Shown one piece after another: positions 1 through 8,059 of a DNA stretch of 60,216 bases; position 1 is the first letter of the stretch, and each line of letters begins with the position of its first letter. A program made the position numbers and the translations under genes. Source of the DNA: Anaerolineae bacterium (GTDB taxonomy: Bacteria; Chloroflexota; Anaerolineae; CG2-30-64-16); the NCBI GenBank assembly GCA_034429055.1, contig DAOUGK010000025.1, positions 1-60,216 on the forward strand. The letters are read 5' to 3'. The notes under the pieces are model-generated. The model made no database searches. It was given only the letters and a program-made list of their open reading frames with translations, and was not told the origin of the DNA.

Positions 1-6
1 CTTTGC

Positions 7-1450
7 GCTGTAATTCCAACAGATCCTTAACAACCGAATAGCGTTAGTAGTCCAGCGGTACGAGCGCGGACCGGCGCTTCCAGTAAGCCAGGTCAGTCAC
101 GACCGCGGGCGCCTGTACTGCGGGCGGATAGGCGTCCTGCAGCGCGGGCGGCAGGGCCGGGATGCCGGCCAGCCCATGCTGGGCCGGGGTCGGACAGCCG
201 CAGTAGCGCGAGGCAGGCGTGTGATAGGCCAGGCTGCCATGCAGCCGGTAGTAGTTGTAGTACGGCACGAAGGCGGCCAGCGCCGCCTCGACTTCGGCCT
301 GCGTGGCACAGCGCTGGCGCAGGGCTTCCCGCTTCAGGATTTTGACCATAGCTTCGGCCTTGCCGTTGCCTTCGGGATAGTACACGGCGGTGCGGCAGTG
401 GCGGATGCCGTAGTCGTGCAGTTGGCGGCCAAAACGGGTGGGCACGTCCTCGTAGACACTGACAAAGGCCCGGCCGTTATCGGTGACCACCTGCTGGGGG
501 CGGCCAAAGCGCTGGAACGCCGTCTCGCTGACGCTCAGGGCCGTGGCGACGGTCATATCGGGTACCGTGTGGCAGGTCAGGCAGAAACGCGACTGGTCAT
601 CGATGAGCACGACGAAGGTGATCCGGGTGCCATCGCGCAGGGTGGTTTCGGCAAAGTCCATGTGCCACTGCTGGTTGGGCATCGCCATCTCATAGCGTTG
701 TCTGGGAATGCCATCGCACTTGGCCAGGCTGTGGTAAGTGCGGGTGGGCAAGTGATAGCGCCGGAAGATGCGGCCGATGCTGGTGTGACTGAGCTGCGCC
801 AGACCGCGCTGGGCCAACTCCGCCGCCAGGCGTTTCTCGTTCCAGCCCAGCAGGCGGCGCAAGGCGACGACCAGCAGTTCGGTCGCCACGGCGATCTGGC
901 GCGGGGCCGGCGCGGGGCCGGGCCGTTTGGGCAGCAAGGCGGCCACCCCACCCTGGCGATACAGGCGCCACCAGCGCCGCACGGTGGGGACGCTGACTTG
1001 AAACTTATGGGCACACCGGCTGGCCGCCGCCGCTTCACGCCCGTGCTGGCGCCAATGTTCGTAGTAGCGCACCGCCTTGACCCGCCGCCGGACGAGTTCA
1101 CCGAGCAACTTGGGCCAGCCCAACCGGCGCAGCTGCTGGCGCCGCGCCTGCCGTAACCGATCAGCTTCCCGTTTGGCCCACTCGGTCTGGCCCCGGCTGC
1201 TGGCGGCACGGCGCTGCGGCTGTTGGCGCAGCACGGCGGCCTGGGCGAACTCCTGGTCGAGCTGATTGGGCGAGAGGGTCTGACGCCCGCGATGGCGCCG
1301 TTTGGCGGTAGAATCAGTCATAGCAGCAGCCTTTCTGGTCTGGAATGTACTTCGCTAAGCACATTGTCGCTCAGATGGCTGCTGCTTTCCACCGCCAGCC
1401 CCACACCAGCTAACGCTATTCGGTTGTTAAGGATCTGTTGGAATTACAGC
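7..1450 (-). mobile_element. Insertion sequence, IS481-like (family tentative), 1444 bp
   Basis: 41-bp perfect terminal inverted repeats (7-47 gctgtaattccaacagatccttaacaaccgaatagcgttag; 1410-1450 is its reverse complement) bracket one DDE transposase ORF. ctttgc at 1-6 and cctttgc at 1451-1457 fit a target-site duplication of at least 7 bp that is cut by the window edge. TGT-type termini and a single ORF suggest IS481-like. Confidence 0.85.
44..1321 (-). CDS. DDE transposase (HTH + rve/integrase core), 425 aa
   Basis: The N-terminal HTH-like segment is VSVPTVRRWWRLYRQGG. The catalytic-core pattern is D (QQWHMDF), D (VVTDNGRAF), E (YPEGNGKAEA), typical of retroviral-integrase-type transposases. 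The stop codon lies inside the IR. Confidence 0.92.
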   Translation of the reverse strand: MTDSTAKRRHRGRQTLSPNQLDQEFAQAAVLRQQPQRRAASSRGQTEWAKREADRLRQARRQQLRRLGWPKLLGELVRRRVKAVRYYEHWRQHGREAAAASRCAHKFQVSVPTVRRWWRLYRQGGVAALLPKRPGPAPAPRQIAVATELLVVALRRLLGWNEKRLAAELAQRGLAQLSHTSIGRIFRRYHLPTRTYHSLAKCDGIPRQRYEMAMPNQQWHMDFAETTLRDGTRITFVVLIDDQSRFCLTCHTVPDMTVATALSVSETAFQRFGRPQQVVTDNGRAFVSVYEDVPTRFGRQLHDYGIRHCRTAVYYPEGNGKAEAMVKILKREALRQRCATQAEVEAALAAFVPYYNYYRLHGSLAYHTPASRYCGCPTPAQHGLAGIPALPPALQDAYPPAVQAPAVVTDLAYWKRRSALVPLDY

Positions 1451-1559
1451 CCTTTGCGCCTTTGCGTGAGTATGGGTTCGGACTTTTCAAACGCCCTCTA
1501 AGACTGAAGCCTTGGCTTTGCGCTCTTAGCGTCTTCGCGGTTCAATTCCTGCCTCTCAG

Positions 1560-1799
1560 TCAAGCGCGGGGCAGGTGCAGGGCCGAGAACGGCGGGTAGT
1601 TCACGCGTTTCTGCGCGGCCTCGACAGCCGCGACCGATGGCAGCCCCGACCCGATATGACCGAGGGCGGCGACGGAGAATGCCGTTGCCAGCCGCGCACA
1701 TTCGGCCAGCGGCAGGCCGCGCAGCTTGCCCGCGACGGTCCCCGCGATCACCGCATCGCCCGCGCCGACTGTGCTCTTGACCTCGATCGCGGGCGGCAC
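1560..1799 (-). pseudogene. 3'-terminal relic of a PfkB-family (1-phosphofructokinase-type) kinase gene
   Basis: 79 codons (PPAIEVKSTVGAGDAVIAGTVAGKLRGLPLAECARLATAFSVAALGHIGSGLP...) are about 80% identical to residues 249-311 of the intact kinase at 22996-23982. The N-terminal ~248 residues are absent and similarity starts abruptly at 1799. Confidence 0.8.
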
Positions 1800-1820
1800 A
1801 TTGGATACATCTATTTGAAG

Positions 1821-2096
1821 TCATTCAGCCACGACTGATGGTCTCCCCTTCGGAGTGGCGTCCGTTTTCTTCTTGCGCTGCCCCTTGACGATATAGGGCA
1901 GTAGCAGCAGGTACGCTCCGCTGATGGCCATGACCAGCATCAGGATGGATGGGATCTGCTCCAGCCTTTCCCAGGTAGCTGCGAGCTGCGGATCCCCCAA
2001 CAGCTTGATGACGACAGCGACCGGGATCGCGATTGCGGTCGGCACGGCGATCCAACGATGGAACTTGCGAAACCACTTGCTCAAGAACTTCGTCAC
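1821..2096 (-). CDS. Small membrane protein, hypothetical (91 aa)
   Basis: The GTG start lies about 8 nt after gaggt. There are two hydrophobic helices (IAVPTAIAIPVAVVIKLL; ILMLVMAISGAYLLLLPYIV) and a basic tail. No family was recognised. Confidence 0.6.
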   Translation of the reverse strand: MTKFLSKWFRKFHRWIAVPTAIAIPVAVVIKLLGDPQLAATWERLEQIPSILMLVMAISGAYLLLLPYIVKGQRKKKTDATPKGRPSVVAE

Positions 2097-2124
2097 GTGT
2101 GAATACCTCGCATCCTTAAGATTG

Positions 2125-2400
2125 TTACCTGGTCTTCAGGTTCAGGTCGATCTTTCGCGTTGGGCTGGGAGCGCCGGGCGCCGCGATCCGATTTACGACT
2201 CCGCGTACGCCCGGCGTCTGTGCGGCCAGCGTTTCGGCTGCCGCGCGTTCAGCCAGGCTGTCGGCTGCACCGGCCAGGTGGACGATGCCGTGCAGCACGC
2301 CGACGCGCAGGCCGGTGTGGGCGGTGCGGCTGTCCACCGCCAGGGCCGCCATGATCTCCGCACGCAGGCTTTCATCCGGGACGGCCGGGTCGTGTTGCAT
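2125..2400 (-). CDS. BON domain-containing protein (91 aa)
   Basis: GLRVGVLHGIVHLAGAADSLAERAAAETLAAQTPGVRGVVNRI fits the BON-domain pattern. The ATG at 2400 is preceded by gggagg at 7 nt. The longer TTG-initiated ORF reaching 2442 is less likely. Confidence 0.75.
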   Translation of the reverse strand: MQHDPAVPDESLRAEIMAALAVDSRTAHTGLRVGVLHGIVHLAGAADSLAERAAAETLAAQTPGVRGVVNRIAAPGAPSPTRKIDLNLKTR

Positions 2401-2431
2401 CGTCACGCCTCCCGTGAACCATGCGCTCGAA

Positions 2432-2827
2432 CTACGAGGCAAGAGGTTGAACCCGAGTCTCGTTCTTGCGCGTCTGCACCCACATCAGGGCCAGGATGAT
2501 GGCCCACACAATCAGGCGTATGGTCATCGCCCTGATACTGTCCGTCGCGACGACCGCGCGGTAGGCCACCTGGAGGGTAAGCATGACCAGGGCATGCACG
2601 CCGAAGGTCGCGATGGCAGCGGGCAGGGCCAGCCTGCTCTTTGTCCAGATGAGGACGGTGGTCACCAGGACCGTCAGAATACCGGCCGTGTAGTTGTAGA
2701 GCAGCAGCCAGTTGATCACATAGTAGCCCGGATCCCGGCCCAGCAGGGCGCTGCCGCCGGCGAAGACCGCCATCGCGCCGATAACCAGGGCGAGAATCGC
2801 GGCGATTTTGTACAGGGTATTTTTCAT
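2432..2827 (-). CDS. Integral membrane protein, hypothetical (131 aa, ~4 TM)
   Basis: The ATG is preceded by agaggagaag. There are four hydrophobic segments. No family was recognised. Confidence 0.7.
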   Translation of the reverse strand: MKNTLYKIAAILALVIGAMAVFAGGSALLGRDPGYYVINWLLLYNYTAGILTVLVTTVLIWTKSRLALPAAIATFGVHALVMLTLQVAYRAVVATDSIRAMTIRLIVWAIILALMWVQTRKNETRVQPLAS

Positions 2828-2973
2828 TCTATGCTTCTCCTCTGGTGAACTTCAATAGGCGTCACTGTTTCGAGTATAAGCCCAGCCTGCCGGCGGCGGA
2901 ACGACTTAAGTCGGGAATGCAGCAACCGGATGTATAATCGCGATCAGGTGTACCGCTACGGATGTGAGGCAAC

Positions 2974-3666
2974 ATGGATAGAGACGAGGCCCTGCAGAAC
3001 ACGGCCAGGTTATTGAAGGCCGTATCCTACTTTTCCGACATGGACGCGGCTGCTTTGGATTTGGTGGCGCAATCCGCAACTCGTCGCGTCTATGACGCGG
3101 GGCAAGTGATCCTGCTGGAAGGTGAGCCATGCGAGGGCTTACACGTGGTGGAACGCGGTTGGCTGCGGGTCGTCAAGATCGGGCTGGATGGCCGCGAGCA
3201 GGTGCTGCAAACGCTGGGCCCCGGCGAGGCATTCAACGCGATCAGTGTCTTCACCGATGCTCCGAATCAGGCCACGGTCACTGCGTTGGAGACCTCCCAG
3301 GTCTGGATCGTTCGGCGCGCGGTGCTGTTGAGCATGCTGGATGAACATCCAGAGTTGGCGCGGCAGGTTGTGAAGGACCTGGCTGGACGTGTAATGCACC
3401 TCATGCGCATGGTGGAGGACCTGTCGCTGCATTCGGTGGAAGTGCGCCTGGCGCGGCTGTTATTGCAGGGAGCGGAGGGAGACGCAGTCCAGCGCCGGCG
3501 TTGGGCCACGCAAGCCGAGATGGCGGCGCGCCTCGGCACCGTGCCGGACGTGGTTAACCGTGCGTTGCGTAAACTTGCGCTGGCTGGGCTGATCCACGTC
3601 GAACGCCAGCAAATCCGGATTTTGGATCGCGCCAGGCTGCGTGTGGTTGCCCAGGTGGATGCGTAG
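2974..3666 (+). CDS. Crp/Fnr-family transcriptional regulator (230 aa)
   Basis: The cyclic-nucleotide-binding barrel pattern is VILLEGEPCEGLHVVERGWLRVVKIGLDGREQVLQTLGPGEAFN. The C-terminal HTH is ATQAEMAARLGTVPDVVNRALRKLALAGLI. Confidence 0.9.
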   Translation: MDRDEALQNTARLLKAVSYFSDMDAAALDLVAQSATRRVYDAGQVILLEGEPCEGLHVVERGWLRVVKIGLDGREQVLQTLGPGEAFNAISVFTDAPNQATVTALETSQVWIVRRAVLLSMLDEHPELARQVVKDLAGRVMHLMRMVEDLSLHSVEVRLARLLLQGAEGDAVQRRRWATQAEMAARLGTVPDVVNRALRKLALAGLIHVERQQIRILDRARLRVVAQVDA

Positions 3667-3796
3667 CGCGCGCCAGGTCTGTCCTCGAAGCCGCGGCGAT
3701 GTATGCGGCGCGGCCGGTTTCCCGGAACCGCTCTATGGAGTATAATCCTCTCGGAATGTGATCCATAAATCTTAGCGCCGGTGGCGTCTTGCAGCG

Positions 3797-6700
3797 ATGA
3801 GGCATCTTGTGTCACCGACCTTCTATCGGAGCCGTCCGACCATTGGGGTCCTGGCCGGCTGGCAAATCTACTGGACGGCCAGGCCGTTGAGCTACCTGAA
3901 CCCCATCTTTCGCGGAATCCGCCAGGCCGCGGCTGACTTGGGCTGCAATCTCCTTTTAGGCTGCGGGTTAGGGCCGACCGCAACCTCCAGCGATCCTCTG
4001 CGCCCCGCGTGGCCCTTCCTTTCGCCAGAAACCGACTTTGTTCCGATTGGGCCGTGGAACACGGATGGCCTGATCGCGATCAATCCGCTGCATTCAGAAG
4101 CGCGTTCGCATGACCTGCAACAGGTGAGGGCGGCCGGTCACCCGGTGCAATTTATTGGCTCCGGAGAAGACGGCCCGACGATTGTTGCCGACAATGCCGG
4201 GGGCATCCAGATTGCGCTGGAGCACCTGAGCGAGCATGGCCACCGGCGCATCGCCTTCATCGCCGGCAGCCCGGCAGATATGTCCGGTGACACCGGCGCC
4301 CGGCTGACCGCCTATCGCACCGCGCTCGCTCAGCATACGCCGGCGGCCCAACCTGGGTTGGGGGCCCAACCTGGGTTGGGCTTTGACGAGCGCCTGGTGG
4401 CCTACGGCCGGCACACCTACGATGGCGGCGAAGCAGCCATGCGCCAGATCATCGACTCAGGTGCGGCGTTCACCGCGGTTCTGGCGAGCAACGATGAGTC
4501 GGCCTTCGGTGCACTGCAAGTACTCCGCAGCGCCGGTCTGGACGTTCCGCGTGATGTGGCGGTCATCGGCTTCGATGACCGCCCGGAATGTGCGGTGCAG
4601 GAACCGCCGTTAACCAGCGTCCACATTCCCCTGGTCAACATGGGTTATCGCGCGGTCGAGCTGCTCCTGCAGCAGATTAACGGCCGGCCTGCAGCGGTCG
4701 AACCCGTGAAGATTGCCACCCGTCTTGTGCCGCGTGAATCGTGCGGCTGTGGCTGGACGGCTCTTCGTGCCCAGCGCCTACCTTCTGGGTCGGCGGAATC
4801 TGCGGTCGAGACGAGTCAGTCGGCTGATCGACGCGCGCGCCTGGTGCAGGCAATGGTCGAGACCGTCCTGGCTGAGACCCAGGGCTCTTACGCGACAGCC
4901 ATGCGCCAACGCTGTCACGATCTTGTCCATGCCTTCATCCTGAGTGTCGAACAGCGCGAGGTGTCTGTCTTCCAACAGAATCTGGCTGATCTGCTCCGCG
5001 CCACGGCCGGGGAGGGGATTGACACACATATCTGGCAAGGGGTGCTCTCGCAGCTGGGCTGCGAGATGCCTGCCCTGTTGGCCGACTGGGACCAGCCTGC
5101 GACGCGGGATTTCGCGCGGGAATTGTTGGAGCAGGCGCGCGTGGCAATCAGCGCCGCCACACTGCGCCAGAGGCAGCAGTTTGTCGTGGACCAAAGCTGG
5201 ACGGACGGCCGCATCGGGCTGTTGACGGCGCGCCTCCTCACCGCGCTTGACGAAACCCAAGTCTATCAGATTTTGGCGCAGCACTTGCCCGAAATGGGCA
5301 TCCGAACTGCGGTCGTGGCCCTTTTTGAGGCTGAAGGCGAGGACCCCGTGGCATGGAGCTCCCTGCGCTCCGTCACAGCCGCCGGACAGCCGACGTGCCG
5401 TTTCCCCACCCGAGACTATCCACCTGCCGGCCTCTGCGCGGCCGAGCAGCCCTTCAGTCAGGCATTGTTGCCGCTGGTGAACCCGCACGGCCAGCTGGGA
5501 TACGTGGCGTTCGATACCGGTCATCTGGAGCTCTATGGTGCGATCGCACAACAGATTGCCGGCGCCCTCAACACCGCACAGTTGTATCGTGAGGCCACTG
5601 AGGGCCGGCGCCTGGCCGAAGAAGCGGACCGGATGAAGAGCCGTTTCCTTTCGACCGTGAGCCATGAGTTGCGCACGCCGCTGAACCTGATTGTCGGTCT
5701 GGGCGAGATCCTCCTGCGCGACAGTGAGCGGGGCGCTCTGCCGCTGCCCCCGGCCGCGCTGAACGATCTGGCGCGCCTGAACGCCAACGCTCAGCATCTG
5801 GGCCGGCTGATTGGTGACGTGCTGGACCTTGCCAGCAGCGATGCCGGACAGTTGCGGCTGACCAATCAGCTCGTGGATCTGGGACAGACTCTACAGACGG
5901 CGGTGGAGACCGGTCGGAGGCTTGCGGCGGATAAGGGGCTCGGATGGCGTGCGACCCTTCCCGAATCGGGGCCGTGGGTCTGGGGCGATCGCACCCGGCT
6001 ATCACAGGTGGCGCTGAACTTCATCAGCAACGCTATCAAATTTACGACGTACGGAGAAGTCTCCCTGGCGGTGGAGCTTGGCGCCGGGTCTGTCACCGTC
6101 AGCGTGCGCGACACAGGGCTGGGCATCCCGCTAGAGGAGCAGGCCGCGATCTTCGCGGACTTCCGCCGGTCGGAGCGGAGCATCACCCGCGGCTACAGCG
6201 GCCTGGGCCTGGGGCTGGCGATCTGCCGGCGTCTGATCGAGCTGCACGGCGGCACGATCGGCGTGGAGTCTACCGGGCACGAGGGCGCTGGCTCGACCTT
6301 CTACTTCACCTTGCCGGTCGTCGAACCGCCGGCCGTCCAGGTACCGGTTGCCGCGTCGGCGGCGGGGAGCGAAGGGGGCGTCCTGGTGCTTACCCCGTCG
6401 CCGGACACCAGCGAGCGCCTGCGCGTGCACTTACAGCAGCACGGCTTTGAGGTGCAGATGGCCCTGCCGGATCAGCCCTCGAACTGGCAACCTCTGCTCC
6501 TGGCCGCACCCCCCACCGCGATTGTGCTCGATGTGACCCAGGCATCGGATCAGGCCTGGCATGTGCTGAAGATGCTTAAGGCCGACTCCAGAACACAGGA
6601 GATTCCTGTGCTCTTCTACGCGCTCTCGCAGGACAGCGGCGCAGTCCTGGAACTGGACTATCTCACCAAGCCGATCGAACTGGCCGAGCTGACGCGCGCG

Positions 6701-7456
6701 CTCGATCAGCAGTGGCTGCTGCCGGATGCGGTGTCCTCCCCGACGTCGCAGCGCGTGTTTCTGGTGGTCGACGATGACCCGGACACCCTGGAGATGCACG
6801 CGCGCATCGTGCGCCGACATTCGCCTGCCAATCGTGTGCTGCAAGCGCGCAACGGGTTGGCGGCGCTGGACATCCTGCAGCGCGAACACGTCGATCTGGT
6901 GCTGCTGGATCTGATGATGCCGGAAATGGACGGCTTTGCCGTGCTGGCAGCAATGCGGGAACGCGAGGCCACGCGCACCATCCCGGTCATCGTCGTCACC
7001 GGTCAGACGCTCACCGAGCCGGAGATGAGCCGGTTGAATATCGGTGTAACGCGGGTGTTGAGCAAGGGCGTATTCAACCTCGAAGAAACGCTGGCCCACC
7101 TGGACGGCGCGCTGGCGCGCAAGCGGGTCTTGAGCAGCGAAGCGCAACGCCTGGTGCGCCAGGCGATGGCCTATATTCAGGCGCACTACGCCGAGCCGCT
7201 CTCGCGCCAGGCAATCGCCGCGCACGTCGGCCTGAGCGATGACTATCTCACCAGTTGCTTTCATAAGGAACTCGGCCTGACGCCGGTGGCTTACCTCAAC
7301 CGTTATCGTGTGGAGCAGGCCCGCCAACTGCTGGCAAATACGCACAAGAGCATCACCGAGATTGCGCTGGACGTGGGCTTCTCCAGCAGCAGCTATTTCA
7401 GTCGCATCTTCCGCCGTGAGACGGGTGTGTCGCCGGAGGCATATCGGCGCTCGTAA
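3797..7456 (+). CDS. Hybrid sensor-regulator: LacI-type ligand-binding domain + GAF-like + histidine kinase + degenerate receiver + receiver + AraC-type HTH (1219 aa)
   Basis: - aa ~13-318: LacI/periplasmic-binding-fold pattern (RPTIGVLAG..., RIAFIAGSP, VLASNDESAFGALQVLRSAGLDVPRDVAVIGFDD, TSVHIPL) with no HTH.
- aa ~470-600: GAF-like end (LLPLVNPHGQLGYVAFD...AQQIAGALNTAQLYREA).
- H-box SHELRTPL (His623).
- HATPase_c motifs (NFISNAIKFT; DTGLGI; GLGLGLAICRRLIELHGG).
- Receiver-like aa ~861-968, lacking the acidic pair.
- Canonical receiver aa ~987-1095 (VVDDD, LLDLMMP Asp1038, VTG, SKG).
- AraC HTH aa ~1118-1217 (ITEIALDVGFSSSSYFSRIFRRETGVSP).
- No hydrophobic TM segment was seen. Confidence 0.9.
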   Translation: MRHLVSPTFYRSRPTIGVLAGWQIYWTARPLSYLNPIFRGIRQAAADLGCNLLLGCGLGPTATSSDPLRPAWPFLSPETDFVPIGPWNTDGLIAINPLHSEARSHDLQQVRAAGHPVQFIGSGEDGPTIVADNAGGIQIALEHLSEHGHRRIAFIAGSPADMSGDTGARLTAYRTALAQHTPAAQPGLGAQPGLGFDERLVAYGRHTYDGGEAAMRQIIDSGAAFTAVLASNDESAFGALQVLRSAGLDVPRDVAVIGFDDRPECAVQEPPLTSVHIPLVNMGYRAVELLLQQINGRPAAVEPVKIATRLVPRESCGCGWTALRAQRLPSGSAESAVETSQSADRRARLVQAMVETVLAETQGSYATAMRQRCHDLVHAFILSVEQREVSVFQQNLADLLRATAGEGIDTHIWQGVLSQLGCEMPALLADWDQPATRDFARELLEQARVAISAATLRQRQQFVVDQSWTDGRIGLLTARLLTALDETQVYQILAQHLPEMGIRTAVVALFEAEGEDPVAWSSLRSVTAAGQPTCRFPTRDYPPAGLCAAEQPFSQALLPLVNPHGQLGYVAFDTGHLELYGAIAQQIAGALNTAQLYREATEGRRLAEEADRMKSRFLSTVSHELRTPLNLIVGLGEILLRDSERGALPLPPAALNDLARLNANAQHLGRLIGDVLDLASSDAGQLRLTNQLVDLGQTLQTAVETGRRLAADKGLGWRATLPESGPWVWGDRTRLSQVALNFISNAIKFTTYGEVSLAVELGAGSVTVSVRDTGLGIPLEEQAAIFADFRRSERSITRGYSGLGLGLAICRRLIELHGGTIGVESTGHEGAGSTFYFTLPVVEPPAVQVPVAASAAGSEGGVLVLTPSPDTSERLRVHLQQHGFEVQMALPDQPSNWQPLLLAAPPTAIVLDVTQASDQAWHVLKMLKADSRTQEIPVLFYALSQDSGAVLELDYLTKPIELAELTRALDQQWLLPDAVSSPTSQRVFLVVDDDPDTLEMHARIVRRHSPANRVLQARNGLAALDILQREHVDLVLLDLMMPEMDGFAVLAAMREREATRTIPVIVVTGQTLTEPEMSRLNIGVTRVLSKGVFNLEETLAHLDGALARKRVLSSEAQRLVRQAMAYIQAHYAEPLSRQAIAAHVGLSDDYLTSCFHKELGLTPVAYLNRYRVEQARQLLANTHKSITEIALDVGFSSSSYFSRIFRRETGVSPEAYRRS

Positions 7457-7642
7457 CCCTCGCTTTGCGCGTGCCGGGCACTGTGCACCCGCCTGGCCCG
7501 CGGCCTCTTTTCCCCCCCAATTCTTGCATCTTAGCGGAATCCTGCATGTTCCGTACGCTTTTGGGCAAGCCCCCCTTCAATTAACCCGATAGAATCATGT
7601 TCAGTTGTGGAAGCGATCCCAGCCCAATGTGCGGGGGACAGC

Positions 7643-7867
7643 ATGACACTCACCCTTCAGCAAATCGCTCAATTGGCGGGCGTCTCACGCTCGACCGCTT
7701 CGCGCGTCATCAACGGACATCCCCACGTGCGGCCCGAAGTGCGCGAACGGGTCTGGCAGGTTATCGGCGAACACGGCTACCAGCCCAATCCCATCGCGCG
7801 GCTCCTGGCCGCCAGCCGCACCAGTGAATCGGCCCTGGATCGGCCGGACCAGGATACCAGCGCATGA
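7643..7867 (+). CDS. Stand-alone LacI-family HTH domain protein (74 aa), possibly a truncated LacI
   Basis: [62 protein letters not shown] matches the LacI/GalR N-terminal HTH plus hinge. Homology ends at the hinge and no ligand-binding domain follows. The ATG at 7643 follows ggggga. Confidence 0.7.
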   Translation: MTLTLQQIAQLAGVSRSTASRVINGHPHVRPEVRERVWQVIGEHGYQPNPIARLLAASRTSESALDRPDQDTSA

Positions 7868-7880
7868 GCCGCACCTTCTT

Positions 7881-7941
7881 TTTTCGCCAGCGATCCTTTC
7901 GCCAGCAATCCTTTCGCCAGCGATTCCTTCGCCAGTGACTG
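7881..7941. repeat. Four tandem 15-16-bp direct repeats (TTTCGCCAGCRATCC-like) in the regulator/transporter intergenic region
   Basis: The units are tttcgccagcgatcc (7881-7895), tttcgccagcaatcc (7896-7910), tttcgccagcgattcc (7911-7926) and ttcgccagtgactgg (7927-7941). The array lies 119 nt upstream of the binding-protein start codon. Confidence 0.85.
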
Positions 7942-8059
7942 GAAGCGCTTTCAGGATTTCCGAAGGAGGTGGCGCAGCCCATTGATAATCCCAAATCGTG
8001 ATCAGCTAGATGTTGTTCCAACCAATCCTTTCATAATCCGGTATAAGGAGAAGACTCTC

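Noticed and set aside
1498-1824. 108-aa ORF overlapping the PfkB relic in another frame
   Set aside because: It is Arg/Gly-rich and has no homology. The alternative frame carries the clear PfkB C-terminal similarity.
7982-8059. Upstream extensions of transporter ORFs (7982 for the SBP, 9437 for permease 1, 10108 for permease 2, 12412 for the large GH16, 16905 for the phosphorylase-like gene)
   Set aside because: The internal starts have proper RBS spacing and begin at the signal peptide or first TM segment, whereas the extensions overlap upstream genes or intergenic repeats.
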